Part shown: positions 22,801 through 33,806 of the stretch, piece after piece | How the letters are laid out: each line of letters opens with the position of its first letter | How positions within the stretch are numbered: the stretch's first letter is position 1 | From: Nemertoderma westbladi | Taxonomy: Eukaryota > Animalia > Xenacoelomorpha | Length of the DNA: 40,113 nucleotides | Assembly: GCA_032718475.1 (NCBI GenBank) | Contig: JAUCBJ010002160.1 | Span: forward strand, 1-40,113 | Reading direction: 5' to 3' | Made by a program: the position numbers and the translations under genes | The notes under the pieces: generated by a model | Databases searched by the model: none | What the model was told of the DNA's origin: nothing | What the model saw: the letters and a program-made list of their open reading frames with translations, nothing else

Positions 22801-22815
22801 GCGGTGTTGCGTCAA
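19805..22815. mobile_element. ~3-kb non-coding insertion of unknown class splitting the Penelope ORF
   Basis: Removing it, with one copy of the flanking AT, restores ...WDKYFS-I-KGHYTC... in frame. No terminal inverted repeats and no long ORF seen. Confidence 0.75.
21321..21393 (+). other. Degenerate tRNA-like sequence (possible SINE head or tRNA pseudogene)
   Basis: GGTCA...TGACC acceptor-like ends, A-box-like TAGTGGTTA and B-box-like GGTTCGAAATCC; the anticodon arm does not pair well. Confidence 0.35.
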
Positions 22816-23732
22816 ATGGAGAAATATTTATCCCACCAAGGTGTCTGTTGTATGTTAGTGATAGTTTTGCATGTAAGGCAGCGGCTAGAGTTACATGGCT
22901 CATTAGTGGTGTTATTTGTGTGTGTTTGCGATTGAGTTTTATTTTTGGTTAGTATTTGTCCTAGTGATGTGGGGTTCTTCGTGACTACATTAATGTTGAT
23001 GTCAAGATCGTAGTTTTTGGAGTATCTACGTACAGTATTTTGGAATATGCCCTTCATCTGTTGGTTAGTGGATAGGTAAAATGTGGGTTTCGAGTTAGTG
23101 TCTTTAGGTCTAGTTTGGGGAGTCCAATGTCTAAGTTTGTTAAGGAGGTTCTGGGGGTACTGCCTGAGTAGACATTCGCCAAGGAATTCGTCTCTGAGTT
23201 TGGTATAGTCGTTAGACTCGCTACATCTGCGGTGGATGCGTAGGAGTTGGCTACGAATTACGGATAGTAGTAATTTCTTATCATGGAAGCTATTGTAGTG
23301 AATCGGGAGTTTATTGCTAGTTGGTTTTTTGTATAATGTAGTTGTTAGTGTTTCGTTGTTAATCTGTGTCAAGACGTCAAGGAATGGGAGTGATGTGTGG
23401 GAGTATTCAATGGTGAATTGTATATCAGAGTTTTGGAATAAGTCGTTACAAGAGGAGTTAGTGATTTTCTGTATGTTGTGAATGTCCTGTTCACTTAATA
23501 TACGTTGTACTATACCATAGCTGTCGTCAACAAACCGTTTGTAGAATGGAATAGGGTAAGTTGTATTATCGTCTGGGGGGGTTATGTTTGGATCCGAGGT
23601 TGAGGTAGTTTCGTTAGTTATGGTTATATTAGGATCTGAGATAGATAGGATAGTTTCTGGAATATTGGTGTTGGAATCAGGAGGTGTAAGGTTAGATATT
23701 GGGGTCGTTATTATTGGATCTGAGAAACGGGG
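22816..23732 (-). pseudogene. Penelope RT C-terminal half, thumb and Cys-rich linker
   Basis: Frame is open upstream of the listed ORF: ...PIPFYKRFVDDSYGI...IQFTIEY...LPFLDV...LYKKPT...YNSFH...PCNSSRCLTC. Confidence 0.9.
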
Positions 23733-23816
23733 TTAGGTGTAGTGTTTGGTGCTAGTTTAGTTTTATAAGTTACTGAGGTAGTTATATTATTACAGACTGG
23801 GGTGGAAGGGGTAGGT

Positions 23817-24818
23817 TCCGGGGTAGTTATATTAGTTCCAGGGGTAGTTATGTTAGTTTTGTTAGTTTCAGGGGTATTTATGTTAGTACCATGGGTACTT
23901 ATGGTAGTTTCAGGGGTAGTTATGTTAGTTTCATGGGTACTTATGGTAGTTTCAGGGGTAGTTATGTTAGTTTCGTTAGTATCAGGGGTAGTTATGTTAG
24001 TTTTATGGGTACTTATGGTAGTTTCAGGGGTAGTTATGTTAGTACCATGGGTACTTATGGTAGTTTCAGGGGTAGTTATGTTAGTACCATGGGTACTTAT
24101 GGTAGTTTCAGGGGTAGTTATGTTAGTTTCGTTAGTATCAGGGGTAGTTATGTTAGTTTCATGGGTACTTATGGTAGTTTCAGGGGTAGTTATGTTAGTT
24201 TCGTTAGTATCAGGGGTAGTTATGTTAGTTTCATGGGTACTTATGGTAGTTTCAGGGGTAGTTATGTTAGTTTCGTTAGTTTCAGGGGTAGTTATGTTAG
24301 TTTCATGGGTACTTATGGTAGTTTCAGGGGTAGTTATGTTAGTTTCGTTAGTTTCAGGGGTAGTTATGTTAGTTTCATGGGTACTTATGGTAGTTTCAGG
24401 GGTAGTTATGTTAGTTTCGTTAGTTTCAGGGGTAGTTATGGTAGTTTCAGGGGTAGTTATGTTAGTTTCGTTAGTATCAGGGGTAGTTATGTTAGTTTCA
24501 TGGGTACTTATGGTAGTTTCAGGGATAGTTATGTTAGTTTCGTTAGTTTCAGGGGTAGTTATGTTAGTTTCATGGGTACTTATGGTAGTTTCAGGGGTAG
24601 TTATGTTGGTTTCGTTAGTTTCAGGGATAGTTATGTTAGTTTCATGGGTACTTATGGTAATTTCAGGGGTAGTTCTGTTAGTTCCAGGGGTAGTTATGTT
24701 AGTTCCAGGGGTAGTTATGTTAGGGGTAGTTATGTTAGTTTCAGGGGTAGTTATGTTAGTTTCGTTAGTTTCAGGGGTAGTTATGTTAGTTTCGTGGGTA
24801 CTTATGGTAGTTTCAGGT
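23817..24818 (-). repeat. Compound tandem repeat with units of 42/30/21 nt (multiples of 3), open on the - strand as (ETTISTH/ETN)-ETNITTP
   Basis: Core TCAGGGGTAGTTATGTTAGTT reiterated. The minus frame has no stop from ~24826 to ~23711. Confidence 0.95.
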
Positions 24819-24899
24819 ACATTTATCTAATATAATATAACCAGCTAAAGACCCTCAATACTTTATTTTTTCTATCATCTTTACACTAATTTTATTTAT

Positions 24900-26900
24900 A
24901 AGCGTTTTAAAAAAGTGTCTTTTGCAAAATCGCACCCTCAGTATCGTGGCCATTCTTCGCATTAGTCGTAACGTTTTCATTCATTAAAAAGCTCGGGTTG
25001 CAAGGATTCCAAATATGTAACAATATCTGAATTTCGTTGAGAAACAGCTGAGATATAGGTGTTCAAATATTGCAAGAATTATCGTTCGCTGCAGGCCATT
25101 TATTCTATCTAATAAATACACAAAATTCTAGAATGTGTTATTTATTTTATGAGTTGGTTGGCAACAGCGGTATTCCTATCCAATATATCTATTGCGTAGC
25201 TATTCATACTTAAACAAAATGTTCCAGAACATCGTGTATTTATTTAATAGAATAAATGGCATTTAGCGAACGATAATTCTTGCAATCTTTGAACGCCTAT
25301 ATCTCAGCTGTTTCTCAAAGAAATTCAGATATTGGCCCGTATGCATAAAACACTTACGACCGTCGTAATCCTCCGATCGTCGTATCTCAGCAGATATGAC
25401 TATCGTAAACAAAATCGATATGCATAAAAAATTTCAGCCTCATTGATTGTAAACTTACGATTAATTTGGATCGTAAATTTAAGGGTACTCCCAATCAAGT
25501 ATTAAAGTTACGATCTGCACCAGTTCACATTGAACTCAATTCTTATTGGCTAAACTATATGATGGTTTCTGTTGTTATGGCTACCTTATAAACAATTCAA
25601 CAGTAGTGGTGAATTATCTCTCATTTACCACTTTTAAAAACTTTTTAAACTTTTTAACAACTTTACTTTAAAGGTATGGTGATAGTTTAGTAGTTTTTTT
25701 TAATTAAATTGTAGGCCTACTTATTTTCCACTCCTTAAACCTTATTTTTTTAATGCCCGTTAAAAATAAATACCTTGCTTTTCATAATTCTAATAATACT
25801 AGCTAGTTTTTCCAGCATTAGTGCCAGTTTTTCGCCCATACAAAATTAAATTTTGTATGGTAACTAGTGTTTTTATAAGGTATCTAGTGATTATAAAATA
25901 CCTAAAATATCTAAAAAATTGATTAAATTTAAGCTATAGTGTTGTAAAAGCACCATTAGAGAAATATATTCCAATTGTTTTAAAATCCTCATGTATTTTT
26001 AAAAACACTAGCTACTGTACCTTATAAAAACTAGCTACCTTTACGAGCTATCACTCAATCGAATCCCAGCCAACCATCATCCATAAAAAAATTGAAACAT
26101 AGTCATGCAAAAACCTCTAAAAAGTGTCTTAAAAAAATTTCCCATATGGTCACACTAGCTAGTAGTGCCTTGTGCCTACTATAATAATAGCTAGTAGTAG
26201 CTATTTTTATATAAGTTATAGAGCATATTTTTTATTCTAGAACGTTTTTTAAAAGTTTAAACTCATACACTTATAGCTAGTCATCAGCTCATCATGCATG
26301 GCATCAGCATGCTTACCTATAATAAAATAAGGAACAACTAACTAAAGGAAACTCAGATTTTTGTCAGCTGCAGTGTTGTTTACAGAGTTGCCAAGCAACA
26401 CTCTAAAATAGCATCGTAAAAATAGCATCGTAACTAAATTACGATAATCGGAAGCACGATTAATCGTAAACAGTTTTATGCAAACCAATATACGATAATC
26501 GTGGCTACGATAGTCGTAATCCAACTTACGAATCATTTAGAATTACGATGGACGTAAATTTACGACTGTTTTATGCATACGGGCCATTGTTACATATTTC
26601 GAATCCTTGCAAGGCAAGCTTTTTAATGATATGAAAAAATTACGACTATTGTGAAGAATGTCCACGATACGGAGGGTGCGATTTCGCAAAAGACACTTTT
26701 TTAAAACGTCTATAAAAAAAAAATTGAAGGCAAAATCAAAATTTCCGGGTTCATGGGGTCATCGACGGTGAGTGGAACTAGTGGTGTTTCAAATTTCAAA
26801 CAATATGATATGAATAAGATTTGTAGAATAATTTGGGGGGGGGGGGGGGGGGGGGGGGTCCGTGTCATCAGAAAATGACACTATATTACGGGACATGGTG
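24900..26900. mobile_element. Foldback / long-TIR non-autonomous DNA element (TA-flanked end, Tc1/mariner-like), host of two later insertions
   Basis: 18791-18820 + 24900-25135 is the reverse complement of ~25215-25333 + 26589-26745. Its putative right end ...GGACATGGTG|TA recurs at ~14320-14349 and from 39992. Confidence 0.75.
25334..26585. mobile_element. MITE with perfect 19-bp TIRs and 3-bp ATT TSD (PIF/Harbinger-group-like)
   Basis: ATT|GGCCCGTATGCATAAAACA ... TGTTTTATGCATACGGGCC|ATT, with many subterminal TACGAT/ATCGTA motifs. Excision restores the foldback arm. Confidence 0.9.
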
Positions 26901-26934
26901 TATATAATTATGTTTTTTCTAATTGATTTTTCAG

Positions 26935-27094
26935 GCGAGACGTCGTATGGTCTAGCTATAATGCTGATCGTTATGGTGGCTAAATGGGTTGGGGATCTGT
27001 TCACGGAGGGTCTATACGATCTACAGATCCAACTACAGAGCGTTCCACTACTGGGTTGGGAACCCCCGCCTCTCAGCGAGAACATTTCCGCAGC
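26935..27094 (+). CDS. CLCN7: CLCN7-like internal exon (last TM helices, central Tyr)
   Basis: tttcag|GC GAG...GCA GC|gtaagt; ETSYGLAIMLIVMVAKWVGDLFTEGLYDLQIQLQSVPLLGWEPP. Phases 1 and 2 fit. Confidence 0.93.
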
Positions 27095-27242
27095 GTAAGT
27101 CCAACTGCACGAACGTGTTGATAAACGTAAACGTTTATGTATTATGTTACAGTTTTATGTAATGTTTGTAATTTGCGGGTAATTACTATAGGGCCTACCT
27201 AGTAAGTAGCCTACTACTTACTAGGTATTTTACATAATATTA

Positions 27243-29841
27243 ACTAGAACGCCATCAAGATGGCTTTAAACGAACCTGTCTTACACAGACTCCAAGAAAC
27301 AGATGGGATTGGAAGATGCAAACCAAGAATGACTTGCATCAACCAAAAAACTGCCTCCCATCTAATGTAATACACATTCGCCTAGGCAAACAAATCATAA
27401 TCACAATTACTACGATGATGTGTGAAATGGTATCCATATCCGCAACCTGAGAAACGGCCCAAAAGAGCAGTTTATTCTGCGGAGGGGTCTTTTCTGTATT
27501 AGATAAATAAAATAAAGAACACTATAATTACAGTATTTATACCTGATACACGAAGTGGGGCCTTCGCGCAGCACGTGACTTAATTATACTTAGTTATACA
27601 TTTCGCCCTCTAGCGGCAGACTGGAGGACTCCAGACCGTTTACTGCCCACCAAAGACTCAGGCCGACTTCTACTACATATCTGCTACGTTTCAGCTTGAA
27701 CGGATCATAAATAACGAGATGGGAGAAAGATTTCACTTTCAAACATTTCGCCCTCTAGCGGCAGACTGAAGAACTGCACACGGATTAGCCTTCAATTCAA
27801 TTCAATTCAATTCCTTCTTTCAAAGTCACAGCTAATGGTCTAGTACATATCTGCCAAATTTCAGCATAAATGGATTAAAAGCAAAGAAATGGGAGGACAT
27901 TTAACGTTTAGACATGTGGCCCTCTAGCAGGAGACTATTGCTCTGATGGTGTCTGAAAGTGTCTCAAACGTCTCAACTTTAGCTCATATTGATACCTACA
28001 AATTTTCAACTTGGCAGCTTTAAATCCGACAAAGTTATTAGCATGTCAAAATCGTAACGACGACAACGATTTCACTTTCAGACCTTTGGCCCTCTAGCGG
28101 CAGACTGGAGAACTGCAGATGGATTCGCCTCCTTTGAAAGTCACAGCTAATGGTCTAATACATATCTGCCAAGTTTCAGCTTAAACGGATTAAAAGCAAA
28201 GAAATGGGAGGGCATTTAATGTTTAGACATGTGGCCCTCTAGCGGGAGACCATTGCACTGATGGTGTCTGAAAGTCTCTCAAAAATCTCATCTTTTGCTC
28301 ATATTGATACCTACAAATTTTCAACTTGGCAGCTTTAAATCCGACAAAGTTATTAGCATGTCAAAATCGTAACGACGACAACGATTTCACTTTCAGACCT
28401 TTGGCCCTCTAGCGGCAGACTGGAGAACTGCAGATGGATTCGCCTCCTTTGAAAGTCACAGCTAATGGTCTAATACATATCTGCCAAGTTTCAGCTTAAA
28501 CGGATTAAAAGCAAAGAAATGGGAGGGCATTTAATGTTTAGACATGTGGCCCTCTAGCGGGAGACCATTGCACTGATGGTGTCTGAAAGTCTCTCAAAAA
28601 TCTCATCTTTTGCTCATATTGATACCTACAAATTTTCAACGTGGCAGCTTTAAATCCGACAAAGTTATTAGCATGTCAAAATCGTAACGACGACAACGAT
28701 TTCACTTTCAGACCTTTGGCCCTCTAGCGGCAGACTGGAGAACTGCAGATGGATTCGCCTCCTTTGAAAGTCACAGCTAATGGTCTAATACATATCTGCC
28801 AAGTTTCAGCTTAAACGGATTAAAAGCAAAGAAATGGGAGGGCATTTAATGTTTAGACATGTGGCCCTCTAACGGGAGACCATTGCACTGATGGTGTCTG
28901 AAAGTCTCTCAAAAATCTCAACTTTTGCTCATATTGATACCTACAAATTTTCAACTTGGCAGCTTTAAATCCGACAAAGTTATTAGCATGTCAAAATCGT
29001 AACGACGACGACAACGACGACGACGACGACGACGACAACGACGACGACGACAACTATTTGCATAAATTGACCCACCCCCTAACAGTGTCAATTCGCTAAG
29101 GCTCCGCCAACTTCGTGGCTCGCCCCACATTCTCAGTTAGCCTAATAAAAACATCGGAGCAACCAATATAATGTACATGTACAAGCATCCTATGAAAGTT
29201 TGTGAAATGTTCCCTTAAGTCTACCCAACAGCCGTTGGTACCCGGCTGGCAGCCACCCTGGTTCAGTTTTATGGTTTTGTTAGTTTAATCGACAGCTGTT
29301 GTAAACGTCCCAGATATACAAAACCTACTAAGCCTTTGCATTACAATTGAGCTTAGCCTAAGTTGATGACAGTATTATAACGATGACAATTAGGCCCTAT
29401 AGATACATACGATATATAAATGATGTACTGCTTGACATTACACTAACTGGCTGAATAGAGATAGAACTATAATAATACGTTTGGCATTCTGTCAGATTTC
29501 AGTAGTAAGTAACCTCATAATAATTGCTAAATATCAATCACCTGAAAAACATTTCAAGCAAGGGAGTTGTGGGTATTTAATTTCGCGTTCAATAATGTTG
29601 AAAATATGCAAATATTTCGAATATCGCACTTCGAATCGTTCCCAACTTTTTTATTCAACAACTAGACAACAATTGATAAATACTTGCGTTTACAATTTTA
29701 CAATGCATGCAAGTGGTTTCAAGCCATTTGGTGAACATACATAGTGAGTGATATAGTGACATATATAGGTAAATATATCCATCGTGTTTTTGCCGGCCTC
29801 AGCTTTAGACAAAAACTACCCAGTCTAAAGACAGGTTCGTT
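27243..29841 (-). mobile_element. Helentron/DINE-1-like non-autonomous rolling-circle element (probably with a nested repeat element)
   Basis: 14-bp subterminal IR AACGAACCTGTCTT (27269-27282 vs 29828-29841), 3' stem-loop GCCATC-AA-GATGGC beside CTAG, and 5' hairpin CTTTAGAC/GTCTAAAG. Confidence 0.65.
27729..29054. repeat. 315-bp tandem repeat (~4 copies) ending in a (GAC/AAC)n microsatellite
   Basis: TAAATCCGACAAAG at 28021, 28336, 28651, 28966. Two GCCCTCTAGCGG-like motifs per unit; (GAC)n at ~29002-29054. Confidence 0.95.
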
Positions 29842-31965
29842 ATTAGAGGAAAACTAAACGAAGTTGGTTTTTTATTTACTTGGCGTGAATTAGGCCTACA
29901 CTTAGCAAATAGGGATGGAGCGCGAAAAAATGTTGGGCTAGAAACAATTTTTAGTATTAATATTTTTTATATTGATTGATGTTTTCTATATTTATACTCT
30001 ATATTTCCAGTCTCATCATTCCTTGGCGTTCTTGATATTGCCTAGATGGGAAACATTCCAATCATCCTTCCACTGAGGTTGCTCTATCTTGCACAATAAT
30101 TCTGTCTCCAATAATTAATAATATCTGTACTGTCAGAAATAATAATAGTGTGGGGCGAGCCACGAAGTGAGCGAAGAAAAGTATTTTCAATATAATTTTT
30201 TTTTCAGTTTGAAGGTGCGCGGCGATCTAAAACTGTGTAGCGATATCATGGCCTCGCAGAGCTGCACCGTCCATATAATGCTCCGTCTATATTTATATCA
30301 CCAATAAGTTTTATAGGTGGAATCGCAAATATGTAATACAATTTTGAAAATTTCCAACTGTGTTTCGCGAATGCTGCAGTGCTTAATTTTTTAATCAGTA
30401 TATCGCGGTTAACATAATGTTTTATTAACTTAACTTTCAGCGAATTATTACGTGCAAAAAACGAATTTTAGCGCGCATGTTCAGTAGTATTATGTTTTAA
30501 CCCTATTAGAACCGGACATAGTAGTAGTGAACAAATTTCAAAAAATTTGAAAGTTAAAATTTGCAGCTAGTATTTTCAATACAAGTTTTCTGGGGCGCTG
30601 AATCCATTGAAAAATATTTAAAAATGATCTGATTTCTATAAACGGCTGTTTTAGTCCTCTACGTGTGTGACGGGATTGAGTTCAATGATCCCGACCGGGT
30701 TAGGTTGTACGCGTCACTTCTCTGCTGGGCTGCTGGACTAATATCTTTGGCCGAAGGCCGTCGGGAAAATAACAGAGTTTGTGTTTCTCGATGTTAATGT
30801 TCCAATGATAATAGCACAGTATGTATAACAAACAATAGTAGGAATTGCAATACAGAATGATGACAGCAGTGTATGAAATGACGGTCTAAACTATTGCCGG
30901 TCCCTAACTGTGTGATTAGTGAACTGACCGGTAAATCAGTAATCAGGATAACTATATGATTGATACACATACATATTGGTTTCACCTCTACTCTACAATG
31001 GCCTTTGCTACCCAATGGATGCTTTCTTATCTTTCCCCACGTGCTCCCCTGCCCGCTATTGGCTTATATACTAATTGTCACTTTGGCACTCCCTGTAGGT
31101 GTTACCCCCTGCTGCTAGCCTCGACTAGCTGTGTTCTCCCTCTGAGGTGGTTTGACATCTCACCTCTCTCTGTGGCTTAGGGCCTGTATCGCCCCCCCCC
31201 CCCCCCCCGAGTTGGTTATGAGGCGAGATTAATTATTGGTAATCTCGCATCGCCAACTATATTGGTAAAATGCCACTGGTCCCATTTTCGGGTGGGTAAT
31301 GTAAGGGAATTGAATCCGCTTACAACGTGGGCAAAAAATGAAAAAAGAACTAACCAACACATTTCAGTTTGAACACAAAAATTTTAATTTAATTATACGT
31401 TGCTTTAAATTCACATTTTCAAATTTTGGAATGCAATACAAATACAAATACAAATGGAATACATTTATAATTTGCCAGGTCATTGCTACGCGCATTTTTC
31501 GACGTGATATGGCAAATTTTGGTGCTAGCACCAAATTTCATACCCATCATCAACAATTACAAGATTGAGATGTCTAGTTAGATAATAGAGTATATAATAG
31601 ATAATAGAGTATAACCCAAAAAACAAGGTAACACAATCAATTGATACATTTGATGGGTTTCAAAATTTAGTGCTAGCACCAAATTTTGCACCCACCTCCG
31701 AAAAATACAAGTTTAGATGTCTAGTTAGATAATTAATTATTCCATTGAATTCAGAACCCCCATAGACCTCTAAAATATGAGAAATAATTTGTCACAATCC
31801 TTTGAACTATCGAATGGATTTTTAAAAAATTGATAGCCCCCCCCCCCCCCCCCCAACCCCACGGATTTAATAGGGATAATAATATAGTAATTAAAACCTT
31901 AGGTATATACAGGATATAGAGCTAGTCAAATAATTATATTCAACGAATTCGTTACTTATATTCAG

Positions 31966-32184
31966 AGAAGTGATGGCCTATCCTGTCGTCACACTGGAGT
32001 GCAAGGAGAGGGTTGGGCACATCGTAGAGATCCTTCGAGACACACCACATAATGGGTTCCCTGTCATACACCAACCAGAAGGCCAATCAAGCCAGTTGAG
32101 AGGTTTCATTCTACGGTCACAACTCCTTGTTATTCTACATAACAAGGCATTCAAAGGGAAGCTTCTACAGTTATCTGCATTCAG
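31966..32184 (+). CDS. CLCN7: CLCN7-like internal exon (CBS1 domain)
   Basis: ttcag|A GAA GTG ATG...TTC AG|gttagt; EVMAYPVVTL...TPHNGFPVI...LRGFILRSQLLVILHNKAF. Phases 2 and 2 fit. Confidence 0.92.
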
Positions 32185-32664
32185 GTTAGTGAAGGATAGA
32201 CATTACTGCTAAACTAGTAATATAATCTGCGTGCTGCACTGTATATGTATTACATATATATACTGTAAAGTGACAAGACTCGGCCATGGTTTCTAGTTAC
32301 TACACAAATTATCAAAACGTCTATTCAATACTGTTGTACTTTGTGAGATATGAACAATCGATAAGGTCATTAACCCACACGCCCTACAGTACCTACTACC
32401 ACCCCCCCCCCCCCCCCCCCCCCCACCCCCAAAATTGTTATACTAGCTAGTTTTTGCTATTTCTCATCATGGAGATGTTCTAGAACATGTTAGCAATTAT
32501 TTTTCATTAAAACATATGTTCTAGAACAATTATTCGTTGTTCTGTATAAAGTTTTTATAAAAGCCTAAAAAATCAATTTTTTATTAATGAAGTTGCATTA
32601 GATGTTAAGGAAATTATATTTTCTAGAACAGTGTAGGAATTCAATGCTTTTCTATAGGTACAAT

Positions 32665-32907
32665 AGTGCATAGCCAGCCAGTGCATAATCTTGTACTTTG
32701 GTAGCCTCATGGAGTGAATAAGCATGGTGGACAGCCCATGACTTTCTTGAGACGCATCTTAAAGGACACTGGCCTTAAAGATGCGGATGATCTAGCAAAT
32801 GTCATGGGTGATAGGGAGTTGTGGCGGTGCAATTTTGTTGACAAGCCGGCACAGCATTCTTAAAAATGCAGCTGCAATGCAGCATGCCGATCCTAGTAGT
32901 AGTAGTA
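32665..32907 (+). mobile_element. Short 5'-truncated copy of the same RTE family
   Basis: Highly similar to the reverse complement of ~12865-13091; (TAG)n tail; 11-bp TSD ATAGGTACAAT at 32654-32664 and 32908-32918. Confidence 0.93.
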
Positions 32908-33574
32908 ATAGGTACAATTTATAGCTAAGAAGATTATAATGTTAAGTTATGGACTTGATTAGACGTTTATTGCCTATTGTAATATTCAAACGCCTACTAC
33001 TGTACAGTATACTAATGAGTCAACTGTCAACTACTTTTTATGAATGTAATGAAACACACTACAGTGAAATCCTTTTTTAAAATTAGCTACTAAAAAAAAC
33101 TAGCTATAAATAATTTAATTTAATCCCCACCCCCAACCACCACCTGCCAGCTACCGGTACGATTAAAATTATTTGATGAAACAAATTCTAAAAAATTGTG
33201 AAATTTTTTTTTATATCTTTAAAATGTTGTTGATCAATTATTTGTTCGAGAACATTTTTAGTTAAGCTCTGAATAGCTAAGATATTCTCAAAGTTCTGAA
33301 TAGATATTCTCAAGCATTTACTAATACCAAAAATAAAACTTAATTTTTTATTGTTTTAAAACATGTTCTAGAACACAAATTATTTGTTCTAGAACAAGTT
33401 TTTGTTATTTTTTAAAATTAGCTAATATGTTCAAGAACATGTCCATAAAATTAAATAAAAAATAGCTAATATAAAAATGAATTTTTCAATTAATTAAATT
33501 AATGGGGGGGGGGGGGGGGGGGGGTTGGTAACCTACTGTATAACACACCAGTATCCAGCTGTAGGCTTAACCGT

Positions 33575-33792
33575 AAAGTTGTAGTTATATAAATTATAGT
33601 ACTGTAATAATTGTACAAAGTTGTAGTTATATAAATTATAGTACTGTAATAATTGTACAAAGTTGTAGTTATATAAATTATAGGCCTGTACTATTGTACA
33701 AGGTTGTACTGTAGTTATATAAATTATAGGCCTGTACTATTGTACAAGGTTGTAGTTATATAAATTATACAGTAGGCCTGTACTGTACAAGG
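33575..33792. repeat. ~42-bp tandem minisatellite, ~5 copies
   Basis: AAAGTTGTAGTTATATAAATTATAG... at 33575, 33617, 33659 plus two variant copies. Confidence 0.9.
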
Positions 33793-33806
33793 ATATTTAA
33801 AATAAA

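Larger units (their letters stand above)
18821..24887 (-). mobile_element. Penelope-like retroelement (RT + GIY-YIG), 5'-truncated, with inverted pseudo-LTR, interrupted by a 3-kb insert
   Basis: 12-bp TSD AATTTTATTTAT (18809-18820 and 24888-24899). 67-bp inverted repeat 18863-18929 vs 24822-24888 (one mismatch) plus a ~42-nt tail. RT and GIY-YIG motifs and a hammerhead-like motif. Confidence 0.92.

Noticed and set aside
19805-22815. Spliceosomal intron within the Penelope ORF
   Set aside because: The minus strand ends in AG but there is no GT/GC donor at the other junction.
23802-24835. Plus-strand 342-aa hydrophobic and 314-aa GSY-rich ORFs as genes
   Set aside because: They are shadows of the triplet-phased tandem repeat; only the minus-strand frame connects by sequence vocabulary to the adjacent RT.
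31520-31733. Direct repeat of ~65 bp (GTGCTAGCACCAAATT...GATGTCTAGTTAGATAAT)
   Set aside because: Real, but probably an internal repeat of an old element whose ends I cannot define.
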